From contig CM060732.1 in NCBI GenBank assembly GCA_030704615.1, positions 81,034,001 to 81,098,000 of the forward strand: a stretch of 64,000 bases of DNA. Reading direction: 5' to 3'. The position numbers and the translations under genes were made by a program. The stretch is from Takakia lepidozioides. Lineage: Eukaryota > Plantae > Bryophyta. Position 1 is the stretch's first letter; each line of letters opens with the position of its first letter. Under the pieces are notes generated by a model. The model was not told where the DNA came from. It saw only the letters and a program-made list of their open reading frames with translations, and made no database searches. This document shows, piece after piece, positions 58,781-64,000 of this stretch.

Positions 58781-59731
58781 ATCTGCAGGTTCAAAGCTCT
58801 TGCTGGTACCTAGTGCTAGTGTCTCTCTTTCGTAAGCAATCACTCTAGTGTCTACTTGACTCTAGATAGAGGTACCAACGTACGACTAGATTCTTTCGGT
58901 CAAGACTCAATATCCTTTCATTGCGTCCCAAAGTAGTCGGCTTCACGAGCTGGGGACAGACTTTGCCTTGGGTAGAAGCAGGACGTGCTCTACTAGGCCA
59001 GTTCGACTAGCCTGAGAATGGAGAAGAGATGAACAGTTGTCTGAACAACCCACAGGGACGAGAAAGAGTTCGATTCAAAAAGACCGACATCTTCGAATCC
59101 GCTCGAGTTCGCTGAGCTGTGTGTGGTAGTGTGAGTGTGAGAGACGTAAAGCTCCAGAAGCTGATCTTTTTATCGAGGCGCTGCGAGAGCCCCAACAGCA
59201 AACGAGGCGCAAGATGTGCAGGGAATCCTCAAAGTCAAAGCAGCACAACACAAAGCGAAGCGGTGATGAGACGCTGCAGTGCGTGTGGGTAGGGAAGCGA
59301 CACTCCCTAAAGTTAAGGCAACTCCCTTATTCTTGGAATACAAGAGGCAAGCCACCCACGACAGCGACCCGCGCGGTGACCGCTGCGGTACGCCGCGTCG
59401 CGTATGCCTCCACGCTCTGGCCGGGGCGGCCCGCCGCGGTTAGTTTCGCGCGGTATATGTTTGTATTTTCTTAAATCGAAGCTCGGCCCTTCAAGTTTTT
59501 CCTTTAAATTAAACTAAATAAGTTCTACTGGGCTGCAGCGGCAGGTGTACCGGGTGTGACTAACTCCTATAATAAGCCTGAGATAGATATTAAATTGAGA
59601 TAATATTACAGTATAATGAAGAGCTTCACTGGGAATAATGTAAGAACTGAATGCGATCCCTGATGGCAGGTTGGTACCTCGATTGAACTGGCATGTCAAA
59701 TCTTTCCCACCCTTGGAGAATGTTATTGAAC

Positions 59732-60250
59732 GGGTGACACTTAGGCGACACTAAAGGGAGTGTAACTCCAATTTGGGTGACACTGAAGGGAGTGTAACTC
59801 CAATTTGGGTGACACTGAAGGGAGTGTCACTCCAATTTGGGTGACACTGAAGGGAGTGTAACTCCAATTTGGGTGACACTGAAGGGAGTGTCACTCCAAT
59901 TTGGGTGACACTGAAGGGAGTGTCACTCCAATTTGGGTGACACTGAAGGGAGTGTAACTCCAATTTGGGTGACACTGAAGGGAGTGTCACTCCAATTTGG
60001 GTGACACTGAAGGGAGTGTCACTCCAATTTGGGTGACACTGAAGGGAGTGTAACTCCAATTTGGGTGACACTGAAGGGAGTGTAACTCCAATTTGGGTGA
60101 CACTGAAGGGAGTGTCACTCCAATTTGGGTGACACTGAAGGGAGTGTCACTCCAATTTGGGTGACACTGAAGGGAGTGTAACTCCAATTTGGGTGACACT
60201 GAAGGGAGTGTCACTCCAATTTGGGTGACACTGAAGGGAGTGTCACTCCA
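59732..60250. repeat. 32-bp palindromic minisatellite, ~16 units: GGGTGACACTGAAGGGAGTGT(A/C)ACTCCAATTT
   Basis: Exact 32-bp period from 59775 to 60250, plus a degenerate first unit at 59743. No spacers. Confidence 0.97.
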
Positions 60251-60838
60251 CTTGATGTAACCCACACTTGGTCTCAAAATTGGACTGTCCAAATTTGGCT
60301 GTATTAAATATACTTACACAAGACACGGGATGCCATGGTACAGGTTTACACAAACCAGAGGAGCCGGGGTTACACAGATGTTATACTACCCGCCCATCAA
60401 GAATGAATCTAGCACCTCGCCGCCTCTACTGGCATCACCTTACAAGTAGGCTAATCACCAGTCCGGGGGAGTAGTTGACGCTCCTTGAATCTCGCAAAAG
60501 TACTCTCAGATTACGAGAATACATTAAGTTCTTAGAGAGAGAGAAGACGTCAGCCCTAGCCGGCGTAACTAAGACCTTTTGGGGCATTATTCCTATTATT
60601 TTCATATTCTACGTGTTCCTCTCATCACGGATCTCACTTTTTCACTTGAGGAATGTGATTTTGCGCTTATTTTTATGTGGGGACGTTGGAGCACAAAAGT
60701 GGATGCACCTGGTGGGATTCTAGAAAGTGGGGGGCAAGTAGCTGAGTAAGGCCGTCAAAGGGCCTGATCTAGGTGGCCATGGAACCTCAATATGTGGTGG
60801 GACTTTGCATGCGGGGTCTTGTATTATAGAGAACTTAA

Positions 60839-62044
60839 CCCTTAAGTGTCAAAACTCATTTTCACCCTCTTGTGGAAAAACATGACCCTGGCCCACAAAA
60901 AAAAAATTATCTATAGAATCTCTGTGTCCCTGTAAAACTGACCTTTTGAATTACTCCCACCTACCCCACCTCCTACCACAAAAAGTTTCATCAAAATCCA
61001 TCTGAAGATTATAAAGTGTAGAGTGGGGACAAAAAAAAATCTCCACTAAGAACTAGGTGGCAAAAAAAGCAGTTTTTTGCTCGTATTTGGGCATTTTTTA
61101 TTTTTTCTGTTTGAGAGTCTCAAGAATGTTGTTCCATACCTAATAACACACATTCTCATAAAATTTCAGTTTTTTCTGAAATGTTCTCAAGTGGGCTCCT
61201 TTGTAGTGACAAATTTGGGGGGTCAAAATATGCCATTTTCTTTGGGCAGGCCAAAATCTCTCTTCCTAAAATTATACAAAGAAATTCAGCCGGTCAATCC
61301 CTAATCCCTCCGGTTGAAATGTCATGGGCTTCCATATGAAGTCCCCGAAAAACTTTGAGGCGAATCAGCCAATGCACCACATCCTTAGGTTCCCTGCCCA
61401 AGACTTCAAATGGCACACCTTTGGTATAGCCTGCAGGCCTAGGATATTTGGAGCCGTAGCCCAGAAGGGCGCGGGGTTTGGTAGCTCCTATGGCTACCCG
61501 GCCCTGCTTTCATGGGGGGCCACTCCACCCTCAACCCTCTCAAACCCCCGCCCTAGGTTTGGCCCACCCCTCGTGGCATTTTTCTTGAGCCCCAAGCTCT
61601 GCCGCCATCGCGGCTACACTCCCTCCAGCCCGCCCTGCATGGCATTAGCCGGAGCTGCCATCGCTGTGGATTCAGGCTAGGGCCAAGGCCTGGGAATGCC
61701 CAGACCTGCGCCGGGCGCCATGCCCCTGCCGGGCAATCAAGGGGTTTGAGGGAGCGTGCCGCCCTAACCTTTATGGGGTATCCCTAACCTGACCGCAGTT
61801 GCCATGTCAGCAACTTGGGCAGGTTAGGGGGCCAAATTGGCCTCAAAAAGCTGAGTGTGCCCCCTTCAATTGGTCTAGACCCATACCCCTTCAGGCATTG
61901 ACCAATTGGCCAATGCCATATGAAGGGGGACCCGATTATCTGTCGATTGAGCCAAAAAAAAGGCCAACAGCCTTAACCATAGGAAGTTATGGCTGGTTAA
62001 AGAAACCTAACCAACCCAAAACGGGTCGGTTTGACACTTAAGGG
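60839..62044. mobile_element. Non-autonomous piggyBac-type DNA transposon (1206 bp)
   Basis: TTAA(60835-38)|CCCTTAAGTGTCAAA ... TTTGACACTTAAGGG|TTAA(62045-48): a perfect 15-bp TIR starting CCC with a TTAA target duplication. No transposase ORF. Confidence 0.85.
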
Positions 62045-64000
62045 TTAATGTGCGAGAGGATTGATTATAGTGTTTAGTTTTGAAGGGTACCTTAGACTTT
62101 CATTTGCAAGTTTCCAAAACAATTGACCTTCATTTTGAAAGGCTGTAATTTTGACAACCCTTCATTTTGACAACCCTTCATTTTGTTTTTGGCAGCCTGG
62201 CATTCGGCGAACATGCATGTATCATAAAAATAATTTTTCTGTACAATACACATGAAATGGAAGTCTTTTCACATTCCACAAGTCCACAAATGATTAAAAT
62301 AATGAATAAAATTTAATCTAGATCTATTTGCAAAGGAAGAGCTCTAGGGTTCTTCATGCCACTCCAAATCTCAAAAATGGCAATCCAATCCATGGCCTCC
62401 ATTTCGAGCCCACATAAAGAAACTCGCATCAATGCATCCAAAGTCATTGTTTTCATGAGTAACAATAGTCTATCTTTGTATCGTGGAGCAACCTATTCCT
62501 ATTCCCCATTTACCACCCATGTTAGCCTCCTCGCATTCCCGAAACTTCATGATACCAAATGTAGGACCATCTTATGGACGCATATAATACAACCAATGAC
62601 ATCCTACCTTCCATGCCCCTTAAATTATTCTTTTGACATGCGGCCTACTCTCTTGTGCAACATATACTTGAACCTCTTCCTCTTCTCCCTGAGTACTAGA
62701 GCCAGAATCCTCTTCCCTAACACTAGAGGGTATCTCAAATTCATTGTGTACACTGATTCTTATGAATCTTCCATATGAACACCACCTGAAGATGCAGACC
62801 ATGATTATAAAGTATCCATCCTCATTTGTCTAACGTCGCGACGTGGCCTACCAATTGGTGGCCAACGCATTGAGACTGGGACATATTTCATGTAGCAAAA
62901 TTGAACAAACTTCAACCAACCCCAATCTTTTGTATATAAAATTGTCACAGTAGGTTCACCTAGTTTTGTTTGCCTTCGGGCTGGCACGGGCTTCTATGTC
63001 CACTGTCCACTCTTTGTCCGTGTTCATGTGAGCTACAACGACATTGCTCCTTGAATCCTTTGCCTGCGCCAATACTTAAGCTCAACACACTCCACGATAA
63101 GCTTCAACACGGCGGGGCAGACCTCACGGACCTAGAATACACCGTGCACAGTACGCTCAACACACATTTTGCTGTGAGGTGGGCTGCATACACTACAAGA
63201 GATGAGCGTTTTTAGGACTACGGCTTTGGCGGAGTCATAAAAACTGCACTGGGTAGATGACTACAGAGCGCTGAAATGCATTGCAGTCATAGTTTTATGA
63301 CTTTGTAGTAATGGGTATCATTACATGACTCCGGAAAGTTAGGGAGCATTGGTCAAACATTGTTGACCTTGATGACAGGGATGGTTTATATGACTAGTGT
63401 GATATGTTTGACTACACGTGGACGACGTTTCATGGACTCTTATGACTCCATGACTGAAGATGGTTTCACAGCTCTATTTATACGACTACATCACTACACG
63501 TGTCATTTTGAAGGCACATATAATGCAAATACGGTTGCCCATTAGGTTTAAAAAAATTAAAAAGTTGCTAATAAGGTTGCCCATTAGGGTAATCGTGAAC
63601 AGAAAGGAGGGCTGGGGCTTGGCGTTTTTTTTGTCTCCTGCGCCACACCACATAGCCGAGGGATGGAACACGATGATAGCAGGATATGCAGGGGCGTGGG
63701 ATGGAGGCGTTGAGCAAATGATGCACGAAGGAGAAGAGGAGGAGGAGACGAGACGAGGAGAAGCGAGCTCGCCGTTCTTGGGAGAGTCAGCTTGGTCTTA
63801 GCAGGCGTGTTTCAATCTCTGACTACTCAGCTACGCCGTAGTGGTTCGATCTCACAGACCAATCCGACATTACCTGACTACAGACACAAGCAGCACACAC
63901 AAGAGGTCCTTTTAGGTTGATGGTCGGTCAAATCCTCCATGGGTCAGGACAGGTCAAGGACAATGTGGTAGGGCACCTTCTTCTTCAACCTATTTCAGCC

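Noticed and set aside
59321-59347. NRE-like pseudo-palindrome ACTCCCTT-N13-AAGAGG upstream of NRT2
   Set aside because: The spacing is longer than the ~10-nt spacer I recall for the nitrate-responsive element, and the left half-site is poor.
59732-60250. CRISPR-like array (32-bp palindromic repeats)
   Set aside because: Units are directly adjacent with no unique spacers, there are no cas genes, and the context is eukaryotic. It is a minisatellite.
59751-60292. ORFs across the minisatellite, and the many antisense ORFs over large exons
   Set aside because: Artefacts of repeat periodicity or shadow frames of real coding sequence.
62350-63220. Possible decayed transposon ORF
   Set aside because: Short stop-ridden frames with no diagnostic motif or termini.

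Overview
This is eukaryotic nuclear DNA from a land plant: spliceosomal introns, plant gene families and (GA)n tracts. A non-seed lineage such as a bryophyte or lycophyte is my inference, not something the sequence shows. Seven protein-coding loci can be reconstructed by hand: (1) a DUF674 gene with an in-frame stop; (2) an intron-containing histone H2B; (3) a nuclear, apparently mitochondrion-targeted group II intron maturase resembling MatR, with a degenerate RT active site; (4) a PUB62/63-type U-box E3 ligase; (5) a giant (~4,100 aa) EPL1/PZP (BRPF/JADE/NTO1-like) chromatin protein with several layers of internal repeats; (6) a long YY1-like C2H2 factor with AT-hook motifs; (7) an NRT2 nitrate transporter. 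About 10 5'-truncated copies of one non-LTR retrotransposon family (RTEX-like C-terminus, essentially no 3' UTR, no poly(A)) sit almost entirely in (TC)n/(GA)n microsatellites, mostly inside introns. At the right end are a 1.2-kb piggyBac-type non-autonomous element (TTAA duplication, 15-bp CCC- TIRs) and a 32-bp palindromic minisatellite whose core matches that TIR at 12/13 positions. All gene models were spliced by eye and need RNA-seq confirmation.
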